Notes under the pieces: generated by a model | The model's database searches: none | Seen by the model: the letters and a program-made list of their open reading frames with translations, nothing else | Told to the model about the DNA's origin: nothing | Translations under genes and position numbers: made by a program | IMG/VR virus record: IMGVR_UViG_3300043436_002865 | Location: 3,932-67,931 of that record | Reading direction: 5' to 3' (one strand) | DNA: 64,000 nucleotides | Source: a virus | Shown: in pieces, positions 43,996 through 55,122 of the stretch | How positions within the stretch are numbered: the first letter of the stretch is position 1 | Layout of the letters: every line of letters starts with the position of its first letter

Positions 43996-44766
43996 ATGGC
44001 AAAAAAACAAGAACAACCTTCAACTGAGATTTCAGAAGCTAAGATCAGAAATGCTATATGGTATATCAAGACAGGTAAGACTAAAAAGTTTATCTGTGAA
44101 TTTTTAGGTATTGCATATAACACCAAGCGACTTGATAAGATTATTGAAGATTTTAAAGCTAAAGAACTGCGTGAAAAACAGTTAAAAGAAAAAGCTAAAA
44201 ATACTGAGTTAACCGACGCCGTTAAGAAAGAGATTATCAAATCATATTTAAATGGTGAGGCTCAAACAGCTATCGCCAAGTTGTACTATATTTCTGCGCC
44301 TAGAGTTAAAAAGGTGCTTATGGAAGCTAATATTCCTCTAAGAGCTAGAGGTAAAAATGCCGAAGCCAAAACAGAACATATTGTTCAAGATTTAGATATT
44401 AAGTTTAAGGTAGGAGACAGAGCGTTTTCTGGTCCTGAAAATTCTTTTGTAACTATACAAAAAGTATTTGATGAAGAATATGCAGAATCTTTACGTCAAG
44501 GCAGACAAAGATGGATTGAGCTTTATCCGTGGAAAGAAACAAGTAGATACTCAGAACCTAGAATAGGTATTCATTATGAAATCTATTGGGAGCTAGAAGA
44601 TGGTAGCTCTTGGAAACTTAACTCCTTAAAAAATCATGTAAGAAGAGTGGAAACATTAATTGAAGAAACGGGCAGAGAAACTTATGAAGTGTGGATTGAA
44701 AATGAATCTGCGTTCAGAAAGATGTTTGTTCCTAGAGCAGAATTATTCCCAGTGGTAAATAAATAA
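43996..44766 (+). CDS. hypothetical protein with HTH-like segments
   Basis: TKKFICEFLGIAYNTKRL; coupled to the helicase. Confidence 0.75.
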   Translation: MAKKQEQPSTEISEAKIRNAIWYIKTGKTKKFICEFLGIAYNTKRLDKIIEDFKAKELREKQLKEKAKNTELTDAVKKEIIKSYLNGEAQTAIAKLYYISAPRVKKVLMEANIPLRARGKNAEAKTEHIVQDLDIKFKVGDRAFSGPENSFVTIQKVFDEEYAESLRQGRQRWIELYPWKETSRYSEPRIGIHYEIYWELEDGSSWKLNSLKNHVRRVETLIEETGRETYEVWIENESAFRKMFVPRAELFPVVNK

Positions 44767-46142
44767 TGACTGTAGATATACAAAAAATTGCTCTGCGTAG
44801 GCTGCTGTCTACGCAGAGTACAGACTTTTATAATAAGCTGGTTAGTAAGTTTTTTAACGATACTAATCTGATTATATTTCGTAAAATTGTAAAGTTTTAC
44901 GAGAAGAACATGCGCATACCTACTATGCAAGAGTTTTATGAGTCTCAAAAAATTGAAAACATAAAAGACTATTTAAGCTCTCAGATATACGCAGAAATTC
45001 CTGAAGAGCAATACCTATCTAGCCAGTTTATTGCAGATCAACTACAAGACTATTTCATCCGTGAAGAAACTATCAACTGGTTAGATAAGTTCATGGATCA
45101 GCTAGAACACTTAGAACGTCTTGAAATAATTGATAGTATTCAGAATCATATTTTAGAGCTACATAAGTTTCTGCCAGAAGGCGAGGAACTATTTGACGTT
45201 GCAACAATTGATTCTTTCTTAGGTGAAGAACAATTTGTTATGTATTCTAGTGGGTTATCTACTGAATACGATGTTGTTAACGGCGGGTTCGGTTTAGAAG
45301 AACTAATCATGCTTGGTGGTCGTCGCGGTAGCGGTAAGTCTATTATCACACTAAATACAGCTAAACATCAGTTTGAAAAAAATAACAACTCAGTACTATT
45401 TATGAGTATTGAAATGCGTTATGTAGAAGTGTATTACCGATTGATGAGTATGCTTTCTGGCGTTTCTTTTATGCGGTTTATTAAGAATGATCTTAACACT
45501 GCCGATAAACTATTATTAGCCAAAACTAAACTAGAAACTTTCTATGAAGCTACTGAAGAAGCCTCCCAGCTATACTCAGACTTAGTAAAAACTGGAAATC
45601 TAAAAGAATTTGATTATGGTTTAAAGACTGGTAAAGCTAAATTTAAAGAAAAGCGTTTTCATATTGTAGATGATGTGAACTTATCTTTAGCTAAAATTGA
45701 TCACTATCTTAACTTAATGACTAAAAAGTATGATGTGAAAATGTGCGTCATCGACTATCTTAATATTGTTAAGGTAGAAGATCGCATGGATTGGAAGTCT
45801 CAGATTGCTATTGCCGATCAGCTAAAAACTCTTAGCCGTAAATACAAAGTTATGATGGTTTCTCCTTATCAGATTGATGCTACAGGTGAAGCTCGTTTTG
45901 CTAAGGGTGTGTTAGACTCCGCCGATAGAAGCTTTAGATTTACGCCCGCAGACTTAAATGAAGATCCTAGTGTTTTACCTTTTGAAATTACTAAGATTCG
46001 TAATGGTAAGTCTATGAAGTTTAATGTGCATATGGACTGGGAATGTTTAAAGATTGTTCCTGAAAGCAGTAAGGTTATTGAAGGCAAGATTTTAAATAAG
46101 TATGGTAACGATCAGAAAGAGTTTGCAGGTGATTTAGGATGA
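44766..46142 (+). CDS. replicative DnaB-like helicase (T5 D6-like)
   Basis: GGRRGSGKS, SIEM, IDYL, SPYQ and KIRNG motifs. Confidence 0.9.
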   Translation: MTVDIQKIALRRLLSTQSTDFYNKLVSKFFNDTNLIIFRKIVKFYEKNMRIPTMQEFYESQKIENIKDYLSSQIYAEIPEEQYLSSQFIADQLQDYFIREETINWLDKFMDQLEHLERLEIIDSIQNHILELHKFLPEGEELFDVATIDSFLGEEQFVMYSSGLSTEYDVVNGGFGLEELIMLGGRRGSGKSIITLNTAKHQFEKNNNSVLFMSIEMRYVEVYYRLMSMLSGVSFMRFIKNDLNTADKLLLAKTKLETFYEATEEASQLYSDLVKTGNLKEFDYGLKTGKAKFKEKRFHIVDDVNLSLAKIDHYLNLMTKKYDVKMCVIDYLNIVKVEDRMDWKSQIAIADQLKTLSRKYKVMMVSPYQIDATGEARFAKGVLDSADRSFRFTPADLNEDPSVLPFEITKIRNGKSMKFNVHMDWECLKIVPESSKVIEGKILNKYGNDQKEFAGDLG

Positions 46143-47032
46143 TAGCAGTTATTGGTGATATCATGTTAGATAAGTATATTTATGGAAGTAGTACTCGGAT
46201 GTCTCCTGAGTGTCTAAGCGCTCCAGTAGTAAAAGAGTATACTACTGAAGTATATGTAGGCGGAGCAGGGAACACAGCTCTTAATATTAAAAACTTACAA
46301 TCCACTGTTACTTTATTTTGCGCTATTAATAAAAACTCGGAATTAAAAAACTTAATAAGGAATGAGGATCTTAGCTGCCATTACGTATCTAACTATAACA
46401 ATGATGTTATTAAAACTAGGCTATACAGCAATGGGCAATACTTAGCTAGATTAGATTACGATTACGAAATAGATTGTTCTGAGGATGAATTATGTGATAC
46501 GCTATTTACTTACAACCCTGATTTAATTGTATTTAGCGATTATGATAAAGGAACAATATTAAATCCCTCAAAGTTTATAGAAAAAGCTAATAACAAAAAT
46601 ATACCGGTATTAGTAGATCCTAAAAAGAATCTGCACAACTATACTGGAGCTTTCGTATTGAAACCTAACTTTAAAGAGTTTTGTGAATGGCTTGAGTGGG
46701 ATGAAATAGATTATTCAGATGAAGGCATAAATTGTTTAACTCCATCAATACTTAGCGATGCTGTGCAAACGCTAAAGGTAGACAACTTAATAGTTACTCT
46801 AGGATCTGAAGGATGTATATTAGCTACAAAATCAGGATTGATAAAAAGATTTGAAGCTTTTCAAGTAAAAGCAATTGATGTTACAGGGGCTGGAGATAGC
46901 TTTATGGCCGGATTAACTGTAGCATTACACGAAGGAAAAAGTATAACCAAGGCAATAGAGTTTGCAATTAAGATTGCAGGTATTGCCGTAACAAAGAAAG
47001 GTACAGCATATGTCAAACGTAACGAGATTTAG
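46139..47032 (+). CDS. HldE/RfaE kinase domain (PfkB family, heptose-7-P kinase-like)
   Basis: VIGDIMLDKY, SPE, GGAGN, SDYDKG, VDPK and DVTGAGD motifs. Confidence 0.88.
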   Translation: MIAVIGDIMLDKYIYGSSTRMSPECLSAPVVKEYTTEVYVGGAGNTALNIKNLQSTVTLFCAINKNSELKNLIRNEDLSCHYVSNYNNDVIKTRLYSNGQYLARLDYDYEIDCSEDELCDTLFTYNPDLIVFSDYDKGTILNPSKFIEKANNKNIPVLVDPKKNLHNYTGAFVLKPNFKEFCEWLEWDEIDYSDEGINCLTPSILSDAVQTLKVDNLIVTLGSEGCILATKSGLIKRFEAFQVKAIDVTGAGDSFMAGLTVALHEGKSITKAIEFAIKIAGIAVTKKGTAYVKRNEI

Positions 47033-47393
47033 TGGATACGTAAAAAAGGGTTGGGGATATGAATACATATTTGCAACAAATGAATTATACTGCGGTAAGT
47101 TATTGCACTTTGCTAAAGTAGGAAATAAGTTCTCTATGCACTTTCATAGAGAAAAAGACGAAACTTGGTATGTTCAGCACGGTAGTTTTACTCTAAGATT
47201 GATTAACACTGAAAATGGATCTATTACCGAACAGCCACTGAATAAGGGTGACGCTATTAGAATTTTACCTCTAGTAGTACATCAGCTAATTGCTTTAGAA
47301 GATGATAGTGAAATTATTGAAGTTAGCACTGCTGATTCTGCAGAAGATAACTTTAGAGTAATGCCAGGAGATAATCAGAATGCAGAGCGTTGA
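47010..47393 (+). CDS. cupin (sugar isomerase-like)
   Basis: KGWGYE, SMHFHREKDETWYV and EVST motifs. Confidence 0.85.
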   Translation: MSNVTRFSGYVKKGWGYEYIFATNELYCGKLLHFAKVGNKFSMHFHREKDETWYVQHGSFTLRLINTENGSITEQPLNKGDAIRILPLVVHQLIALEDDSEIIEVSTADSAEDNFRVMPGDNQNAER

Positions 47394-48267
47394 AGATGTG
47401 CTTAAGGATAGTGGCATTAATTATGTTATTAATCCTAATAAGCCGTCTGAACTTACTGTAAGATGCTTTAGTGGCTTACATGTTGATACGAATCCTAGCC
47501 TTTCTCTAAATCTAGAGAAAGGCGCTTTCCATTGTTTTGCATGCGGTCATAGAGGTAATACTCAACAATTTCTGGACTCTTTAGGCATTAAGTCTACAGT
47601 ACAAATTGCTTCTAAAATGTCTTTTAAAATTAAAAAGCTTAAAAGCAAACTAGATAATATTAAGTATCAGGGAGAAGTTAGACTGCCTGAGCCAACAATT
47701 GCTATTAATCATGATTTTAAAGGAATATCAGCAAAAACTTTAAAGAATTTTGGTGCATTTTTTACCGACGCTAGCGGATTAAGCGACTATGCCTGTATAC
47801 CAGTATATCAACATAAGAAATTAAAGTTTATAGAAGGTCGTTATAAGGTTCTCAGTAACTCAGGAAGTTTTCCTAAGTATTTAAGAAAGCCTGCTGGTGC
47901 GTCAGTTAGCGATATTTTGTTTCCGCTAGATAAGATTACAGACTTTTCACATGTAATATTAGTAGAAGGAATGTTTGATATGCTAAAACTACACGATCTA
48001 GGTTATACCAATAGTCTGTGTATTTTTGGAACTCAAAATTTTACAGCTCAAAAAGCTAAGCTACTAGATGAATACGGATGTAGAAAGGTTACTATACTTA
48101 TGGATGGTGATTCCGCGGGAAAACAAGCAGCCGCTAAAATAGAAAAACTGTTAGAACAGCGTAATATAGAAACTAATAACATAGTATTGTCTGAAGGTCT
48201 TGATCCAGGTAGTTTTAATAAAGAAACAGCAGAATACTTTTTAGGCAATATTGAAGACAATTTATAA
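47380..48267 (+). CDS. DNA primase
   Basis: Zn finger C..H.D..PS...HCFACG; TOPRIM VEGMFD and MDGDSAG. Confidence 0.92.
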   Translation: MQSVEDVLKDSGINYVINPNKPSELTVRCFSGLHVDTNPSLSLNLEKGAFHCFACGHRGNTQQFLDSLGIKSTVQIASKMSFKIKKLKSKLDNIKYQGEVRLPEPTIAINHDFKGISAKTLKNFGAFFTDASGLSDYACIPVYQHKKLKFIEGRYKVLSNSGSFPKYLRKPAGASVSDILFPLDKITDFSHVILVEGMFDMLKLHDLGYTNSLCIFGTQNFTAQKAKLLDEYGCRKVTILMDGDSAGKQAAAKIEKLLEQRNIETNNIVLSEGLDPGSFNKETAEYFLGNIEDNL

Positions 48268-48296
48268 TTGACGAATGCTTAAAATTAAAATATTAT
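48268..48296 (+). promoter_or_regulatory. sigma70-type promoter
   Basis: TTGACG-N17-TATTAT. Confidence 0.65.
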
Positions 48297-48331
48297 AACT
48301 AATATCCCATCTATAACTGTAAAGAGAATCC

Positions 48332-50578
48332 ATGACACAAAAATTTCTATTAGTCTTACCTTCCCCACTGAAAAATGCCGTACCAACTCTGCTAAAAGAA
48401 TATAACGCTAAAATTAAATTTGAAACTGCATATCTAAGCTCAGAGCCTAAAGATAAGATTCTCAAGAAAGATGTGGATCTTGATATGTCTATTTTCGATG
48501 AGTATGATATTGTTTGTCCTGTAGGAGCTGAGTCTCTTAAATATACTTGTGGTGTCACAGGTATTACTAAATATAATGGTCATGTGTTAAATGACAAGTT
48601 TATTCCCATATTAGACCCTAATATGGTGTTCATCAAGCCTCAATATGCTGATGATATTAAAAAAGCTTTTGCTAAAATATCAAGCATCGTTTCTGGCGAA
48701 CAACCTTTAGTACATAATAAAAGCTATACACACTATACCGACGAACTAGACTTTCTTAAGTATTTAGACAAACTGCGACAAGCAGACGTTATCTCTGTCG
48801 ACACTGAGACCACTAGCTTATCCCCTAGAAAAGGTAATATTTTGGGTTTCGTATTTAGTACGGAACCACATGAGGGCGTATATGTAGATGCAGATATTAT
48901 TGAACACTACTATGATGAAATAGAAGAAATCTTTAGAACAACTAAGTGCGTATTTCATAACGCTAAGTTCGATATTCAGTTTATTAGCTATGAGTATGGA
49001 TTTGAGTTTCCAGACTTTGAAGATACACTGCTAATGCATTATTGCTTAGATGAAAGTGTTGGTAGTCATGGTCTAAAGCAACTTGCTATGAAATTTACTG
49101 ATCTTGGCGACTATGAAAAAGAGCTTGACGACTATAAAAAGACATGGTGCAGACAGCACAAAATAAAGCTAGAAGAATTTAATTATGGAATGCTTCCTCC
49201 TGAAATTCTAGCTCCATACGGCTGTAAAGATGGTGATGCTACTATGCAGCTTTATAAAAAGTTTAAGCCTCTTATTGATAAAAATACTCATTTTAGTAGT
49301 CTTTATAATGATTTACTAAAACCAGCGATCATGTCTATTATTCACTTAGAGTCCAATGGCGGACCTATTAATATCGATATTCTAGATGATCTTATTCAAG
49401 ACTATAGAATTGATATTGAAGAAACTATGAATGAGTTAGCTTTTGATCCCGCTATTCAAGAATTTGAAGAGGTTACTGGTAAAACCTTTAATCCTAATAG
49501 CGTATACCATCTAAGACAAGTGCTGTTCGATATTCTAAAGCTAAAGCCAATTAAGAAAACTGATACTGGAGCCTTCAGTACCGATGCCGAAGTGTTGGAA
49601 CAACTAAAGCATCCTATTACCGAAGCAATCTTAGACTTACGTAAAAAGGTAAAACTAAGTCAAACCTATCTAAAAAATATCAAAGATGGAGTAGATTCAG
49701 ACTCTCGTCTGCGTTCTAGTTTTAACTTAACTGGTACTACTTCCGGTAGATTAAGTTCTAGTGGTGTACTTAACTATCAAAACTTACCTAGAGACAAAGA
49801 TGCAGGTATTAAAAAGATCTTTAAAGCTAGAGAAGGTTATAGTATTGTGCAGGCCGACTTAGGTACTGCAGAAGTTTATGTTGCGGCAGCTTTGTCTAAT
49901 GATAAGTTTTTACAGCAAGCTTTTATTGAAAAGCTAGACTTCCACTCTTATGTAGCTAAAAACATGTTTAAGCTAGATTGTGCAGTTAACGATGTAAAAA
50001 ATACTTATCCAGATGAGCGTCAATATGCCAAAGCTATTACTTTCGGTATTCTGTATGGAGCTGGACCTTCTAAAATTAGTGAAACAGCTAATGTTACTAT
50101 GGAAGAAGCTAAAGACTTTATTAAAAAGTACTTTAGAGAAGCTAGCAGCCTACGTAAGTGGATTGATGCATGCTTGTCTACAATCGAAACTAACTACTTC
50201 ATCTATAGTGCCTTCGGTAGAAAGCGTCGACTTCCAGAAGTAGGTTCTGATAATAAAGGAGTAGCGGCACACGCTGCTCGTAGCGGACTAAACTTTCTAA
50301 TTCAAAGTGTTGCTAGTGATATCAACATTTATGGATTGATTGACACTGTAAAATGGGTAAAAGATAATAATCTGCAAGAAGATATTAGATTATTTGCTAC
50401 TGTTCACGACTCAGTTGTTGCAGAAGTTAAAAATGAACTATTACCTTTATACGCTAAAACTCTAGTTACAAATCTACAAAAAGATAGAGGAGTATTTATT
50501 CCTGGATGTCCTATTGTAGTTGACGTAGAAGTAGGCCCTTCCTGGGGTGAATTAAGTAAATATGAGCTTCCGAAGTAA
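48332..50578 (+). CDS. polA: DNA polymerase, family A
   Basis: Exo DTETT and HNAKFD; TSGRLSS; motif A QADLGTAE, motif B RQYAKAITFGILYG, motif C TVHDS. Confidence 0.97.
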   Translation: MTQKFLLVLPSPLKNAVPTLLKEYNAKIKFETAYLSSEPKDKILKKDVDLDMSIFDEYDIVCPVGAESLKYTCGVTGITKYNGHVLNDKFIPILDPNMVFIKPQYADDIKKAFAKISSIVSGEQPLVHNKSYTHYTDELDFLKYLDKLRQADVISVDTETTSLSPRKGNILGFVFSTEPHEGVYVDADIIEHYYDEIEEIFRTTKCVFHNAKFDIQFISYEYGFEFPDFEDTLLMHYCLDESVGSHGLKQLAMKFTDLGDYEKELDDYKKTWCRQHKIKLEEFNYGMLPPEILAPYGCKDGDATMQLYKKFKPLIDKNTHFSSLYNDLLKPAIMSIIHLESNGGPINIDILDDLIQDYRIDIEETMNELAFDPAIQEFEEVTGKTFNPNSVYHLRQVLFDILKLKPIKKTDTGAFSTDAEVLEQLKHPITEAILDLRKKVKLSQTYLKNIKDGVDSDSRLRSSFNLTGTTSGRLSSSGVLNYQNLPRDKDAGIKKIFKAREGYSIVQADLGTAEVYVAAALSNDKFLQQAFIEKLDFHSYVAKNMFKLDCAVNDVKNTYPDERQYAKAITFGILYGAGPSKISETANVTMEEAKDFIKKYFREASSLRKWIDACLSTIETNYFIYSAFGRKRRLPEVGSDNKGVAAHAARSGLNFLIQSVASDINIYGLIDTVKWVKDNNLQEDIRLFATVHDSVVAEVKNELLPLYAKTLVTNLQKDRGVFIPGCPIVVDVEVGPSWGELSKYELPK

Positions 50579-51068
50579 ATTTTATGGAATACAGTTTCCC
50601 GCTTTTGTTCTATATGCCGTACCTTTCGATTATAGTATAGGTATCGAAACTATAGAAATACAAAAGCGGGAATTCCATGATTGGCATATGATAGACAGAT
50701 TTGATAGAAATAAAACAGTTTTAGAACGATATTTGTCTGTAAAGTCTAGTGATATTAATTTTGATGCTACATGCCTAAATTTAACACAGTTAATTAGAAG
50801 TAAAGCTAAATGGCTTATAGACTCAAAAGCTAGAATATATGACATTAGTAAAAAACAAAAGTTTGAAGCTAAAAGCTTACCAATAATAAAAACAAGTAAA
50901 AATGCAATCTGGGTACCTTCCGTTAGTTACCCTTTTAAGCTGCCTAAAAATATGATTGATAGTAAAGAACTAAAAAATCAATATTTAACAATAGTAAAAA
51001 TAGATCATTTATGGGTGATATATCAAGTAACTCCTTTTAAGGTGAACATTGAATCAATAAATTTGTAA
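50562..51068 (+). CDS. hypothetical protein (T5-like position between pol and D10)
   Basis: 168 aa, coupled to neighbours. Confidence 0.75.
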   Translation: MSFRSKFYGIQFPAFVLYAVPFDYSIGIETIEIQKREFHDWHMIDRFDRNKTVLERYLSVKSSDINFDATCLNLTQLIRSKAKWLIDSKARIYDISKKQKFEAKSLPIIKTSKNAIWVPSVSYPFKLPKNMIDSKELKNQYLTIVKIDHLWVIYQVTPFKVNIESINL

Positions 51069-52378
51069 TGAATAGCAAAATAAAATATAAAATACGTAAA
51101 GCAACTATTTCAGATAAGATATACTTTAATAAGCAAGACATATTAGACATACCTTTTCATGACTTTAGATACGTATTATTTAACTATAACTTAGGGGATA
51201 CCTTTTTTTCTACTCTAGAGTATGATGAAGAAACTGGAATGTGCAGCGTTCCCAGTGGATCTTGGCATAAGCTAGACATACTAGAACTTGAAGACCTAAG
51301 AGCTAATACAGATGTTCAAGAATGGGCTTTTAAAGGTAAACTAAAAACAGAACAGCAATCGGTTGCTGATAAGCTACTACAGAATAACAAGCTTTACAGT
51401 GGATTAGTTAAAGCCGATTGCGGCTGGGGAAAAACATATTTAGGTACTTACTTAATTGGTACATATAAAAAACCAACTATTATTATATGTCATACTAAAC
51501 TGTTAGCTTATCAGTGGTTAGACTCTATAAAAGAACTAATAGACGTAGAAGAAGTAGGATTTATTGGTGATGGAAAAGAAAGTATAAAGCCAATAACTAT
51601 AGCCATATACAAATCACTACTAACTAGATTAGATAAGGTTATGGATCAGTTTGAAGTTTTATTTGTTGACGAAGCACACTTATGCCCAGCTGAGACGTTT
51701 AGTAGAGCTGTTAATGGCGTAAATGCTAGAGTTAAAATAGCGCTTAGTGCCACTCCTATTAGAAAAGATGGCTTACACATAATTTTACCAGACTTCTTTG
51801 GTCCTAATAGAATAATTGCTGAAAATGTAGATAAGTTATCCGCTACCGTACAAGTAATACAGACCGATATACCTTTTAGAGTTATTAATCCTAACAGAGA
51901 TTGGACTAGGCAACTAACAAAATTAGCTAAAAACAGCTCGTACTTAGATTTAATAGCTAAAACTGCAAGAGATAAAATAAGTCATGGAAGATGCCCTCTC
52001 ATTGTTAGTGAGAGAATAGAAATGCTAGAAGAGCTTCAAAGCAGAATACCAGGAAGTGTATTGTTGGTTGGTAGTACTAAAAATGCTCAGAGAGAAGATA
52101 TATTAAAAAATGCAGGTACTAAATATTCGGCTATATTATCTACCAAGATTTTTGATGAAGGTATTAGTTGTCATAGATTAGATACGCTTATGTTTACGTG
52201 TCCCGGCAATAACTATGCAAAACTAGAACAAAGAATAGGTCGAATACTAAGAAAACACCCTGATAAAAAAGATCCTCTTATAATAGATTTTTGGTTAACA
52301 GGTCCTATAGTATACAACCAGCAAAAAGGTAGATTAGAATGGTACAGAAAACAAAACTACGAGACAATAGAGAATTAA
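51068..52378 (+). CDS. SF2 helicase (T5 D10-like)
   Basis: CGWGKT, DEAH, SAT and QRIGRILR motifs. Confidence 0.93.
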   Translation: MNSKIKYKIRKATISDKIYFNKQDILDIPFHDFRYVLFNYNLGDTFFSTLEYDEETGMCSVPSGSWHKLDILELEDLRANTDVQEWAFKGKLKTEQQSVADKLLQNNKLYSGLVKADCGWGKTYLGTYLIGTYKKPTIIICHTKLLAYQWLDSIKELIDVEEVGFIGDGKESIKPITIAIYKSLLTRLDKVMDQFEVLFVDEAHLCPAETFSRAVNGVNARVKIALSATPIRKDGLHIILPDFFGPNRIIAENVDKLSATVQVIQTDIPFRVINPNRDWTRQLTKLAKNSSYLDLIAKTARDKISHGRCPLIVSERIEMLEELQSRIPGSVLLVGSTKNAQREDILKNAGTKYSAILSTKIFDEGISCHRLDTLMFTCPGNNYAKLEQRIGRILRKHPDKKDPLIIDFWLTGPIVYNQQKGRLEWYRKQNYETIEN

Positions 52379-54015
52379 TCGTTATTAATAATGCCATTGA
52401 TTTAGCTAATGCAGGTTGCTTTGATAAGGCTATTAATTTAGTAAAGCGAAAACTTAACAGTGTTCATTATTTTTCTTTTTTTATTAGAGGTTGGAAGGAA
52501 CAGGCTATTAATAATCATGCAAAAGCAATTAGCTATTTTGAACAATCTTTAATTAAGAATCCTCTTAACGAAGATGCTATAACTGGTTTAGCTTCTAGCT
52601 ATTTAGAGCTAGGAGAATTTTCTAAAGCAGAAGAATGTGCAGAACAGTTGTTACTGCTTAATAATAAAAGACCTCAAAATTATTTAACATACGCACTAGT
52701 ATTAAGTAAGAAATACAAAGGAAATTTAGAAAAGCAATTAAAGGCTACAGACAATTTCTCTAAAGCGTTCCACATGCTTAGGGCTGAGTTTGATAATTCT
52801 AGTGAGCATATACGAATGCTTACAGACATACTAACAGGTTGGGGAGCTAGTCTACTTTCTACGCACAACTACTCAGAAGCTGTAGCTCTACTAAATTCAG
52901 CAGAAGATTTTAGTCCTGGTGATCCTCTTATAAATAAGAATTTAGCTTCTGCACATTCTAGCTTAATGAATATTGACGAAGCTATACAATCTTGTCAAAA
53001 AGCTCAAAAATCTGAAGAATATGAAATTGTAATGGATTCTCTTTATCAAGAAGGCATGTTACAGTTACTAAAAGGTGATTTTCAAAAAGGTTGGAGACTG
53101 TGTGAGTTTAGATTAAATACGCAACAGTTTCAAGGTTTGAAAAACTACAATATACCTAATTGGAATGGTGAACCTATACCTGAAGATAAAAAATTACTTA
53201 TCTATCAAGAACAAGGATTAGGCGATTTATTACAATTTTCTAGATACATACCTTTAGTGCATACACGAGCTGCTAATATTGATATAGAGATAATAGCTAA
53301 CCAATATGCTAAATGGGATGATGCTACCGCTGAACCTAAGTCTTTTAGAAGTTTTCTACATAATAACTATAGTGAATTTGTAACAGACTCATTCGTAAGA
53401 GGTTGGCATAAAAACGACTATTCTAAGTATGCTTATAAAGTGTCGTTTATGAGTTTACCTAGAATATTTAGAACAGGTATTGATACTATACCTGCTATAC
53501 CTAATTTTAAAGCTTTTGAAGTTAGTAGCGATGTGCAAGAGTTACCAATGTACGATATCGGAATATTATGGCAAGGTTCTAAATCTCACAACAATGATAT
53601 AAACAGATCCGTTCCGATAAAACATATAAAACAATTTGTGCAAAACAATAGTAATTTAAGCTTTATTAATTTACAACTAAACAACGATGAAGACTTATCT
53701 GATATTAGTAATATAAGCTGCCATAGTGACAAGATAAAAACTCTAGATGATACACTAGTAATATTACAAAAATGTAAAATAGTAATAACTGTAGACTCTA
53801 TGATAGCTCATTTAGCTGGAAGCGCTAATATACCCACATATATATTACATGCCTATTCACCTGATTGGAGATGGCTAATAGACAGAAGAGATAGTCCTTG
53901 GTATCCTTCAATTACTAATATACGACAAAAGCAACTAAGAGATTGGCATTCAGTGTTTGATCAATTGGATCAAGAAATTAAATCAGTATTTGATAGTAAA
54001 ATTAATATTGACTAA
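52339..54015 (+). CDS. TPR-repeat glycosyltransferase (GT9-like C-terminus)
   Basis: TPR helices; EQGLGDLLQFSRY, ITVDSMIAHLAG and DWRW...DSPWYPS motifs. Confidence 0.88.
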   Translation: MVQKTKLRDNRELIVINNAIDLANAGCFDKAINLVKRKLNSVHYFSFFIRGWKEQAINNHAKAISYFEQSLIKNPLNEDAITGLASSYLELGEFSKAEECAEQLLLLNNKRPQNYLTYALVLSKKYKGNLEKQLKATDNFSKAFHMLRAEFDNSSEHIRMLTDILTGWGASLLSTHNYSEAVALLNSAEDFSPGDPLINKNLASAHSSLMNIDEAIQSCQKAQKSEEYEIVMDSLYQEGMLQLLKGDFQKGWRLCEFRLNTQQFQGLKNYNIPNWNGEPIPEDKKLLIYQEQGLGDLLQFSRYIPLVHTRAANIDIEIIANQYAKWDDATAEPKSFRSFLHNNYSEFVTDSFVRGWHKNDYSKYAYKVSFMSLPRIFRTGIDTIPAIPNFKAFEVSSDVQELPMYDIGILWQGSKSHNNDINRSVPIKHIKQFVQNNSNLSFINLQLNNDEDLSDISNISCHSDKIKTLDDTLVILQKCKIVITVDSMIAHLAGSANIPTYILHAYSPDWRWLIDRRDSPWYPSITNIRQKQLRDWHSVFDQLDQEIKSVFDSKINID

Positions 54016-54034
54016 TGCTATTTAAAATTATATT

Positions 54035-54466
54035 ATGGTAATACGATACAACTGGTGTGAAATAACATCAATAACAAAAGTACCTGAATCACAGCTTATC
54101 CTCATATTTGCTCTATGTGTAGGATTAAATAAGCCGTTATCAGGCAGCTTAGACTTATTAAAGAAAAAACTATTTCTAGATACCATTCCTAGCACTCTTA
54201 TGAATTATGGGTATATAGGAATTCATAGAACCGGTATATTTTCTCACTACAAAACTATCGAACCACAAAGCTATATACGTGATTGTTCTTTTTTACACAT
54301 GAGATTTTCTGCAAAGCACAAAAGTGACTATCTTTACATATTAAGTCAGAGATCTATTATTAACGAAAACAACTGGATACCTGAACACTACGTAGAACCG
54401 CAATACCACACAAACCCTTTGATACGTAAGATCAAAGATAAAATTATATTTCCACTGGAGAATTAA
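54035..54466 (+). CDS. hypothetical protein
   Basis: 143 aa ending NPLI...IIFPLE; T5-like position. Confidence 0.7.
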   Translation: MVIRYNWCEITSITKVPESQLILIFALCVGLNKPLSGSLDLLKKKLFLDTIPSTLMNYGYIGIHRTGIFSHYKTIEPQSYIRDCSFLHMRFSAKHKSDYLYILSQRSIINENNWIPEHYVEPQYHTNPLIRKIKDKIIFPLEN

Positions 54467-54468
54467 AA

Positions 54469-55122
54469 ATGGGAAGAGACTGGACACAACTTAAAAAACC
54501 ACAAGCACAATCTAACAACTCACGCGATATCGAAAGAATCCGCATTGACGGAGCTGAAACCAGAGTGCGATTCGTAGGACCTGTTATGCCTCGTTATGTT
54601 TACTGGGTAGTAACTAATGAAGGTAAAAAGTACCCTCTAGAGTGCTTAAGCTTCGATAGAGAAACTGAGCAATTCAACTCTAGCAGAGATCCTATCAAAG
54701 AACTGCCTGATTACATCTATTCTGAAAAACCTCAATTTGCATATATTTGTAATGTAATTGACAGAAAAGATGGAAAAGCAAAACTTCTAGATCTAAAAAC
54801 TACTATTTATAAGCAATTGGTAGATTATGCAATGAATCCTGACTATGGTAGCCCAGCAGACTCTGATAATGGTTATGATATCACTATTAAAAGAGAAAAG
54901 ACAGGCCCACAACCACAAAACGTAAAGTATACAGTTATGCCTAGTCGTAATACTATTCCATTGACTGCTGCTGAAAAAGAAATGGAACTGTTTAGCCTTG
55001 ACACAATCTTCAAGCGCCAAACATATGAAGAACAAAAAGAATGGTTGCTAAAAAATACTAGTTACTTTACCGAAGAAGTTGCTGGAGATCTTAATAGCAC
55101 TGAGGGAATGGAAGATCTATGA
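54469..55122 (+). CDS. ssDNA-binding protein (T5 D11-like)
   Basis: PRYVYWV, GYDITIKREKTGP..NVKY and acidic tail. Confidence 0.8.
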   Translation: MGRDWTQLKKPQAQSNNSRDIERIRIDGAETRVRFVGPVMPRYVYWVVTNEGKKYPLECLSFDRETEQFNSSRDPIKELPDYIYSEKPQFAYICNVIDRKDGKAKLLDLKTTIYKQLVDYAMNPDYGSPADSDNGYDITIKREKTGPQPQNVKYTVMPSRNTIPLTAAEKEMELFSLDTIFKRQTYEEQKEWLLKNTSYFTEEVAGDLNSTEGMEDL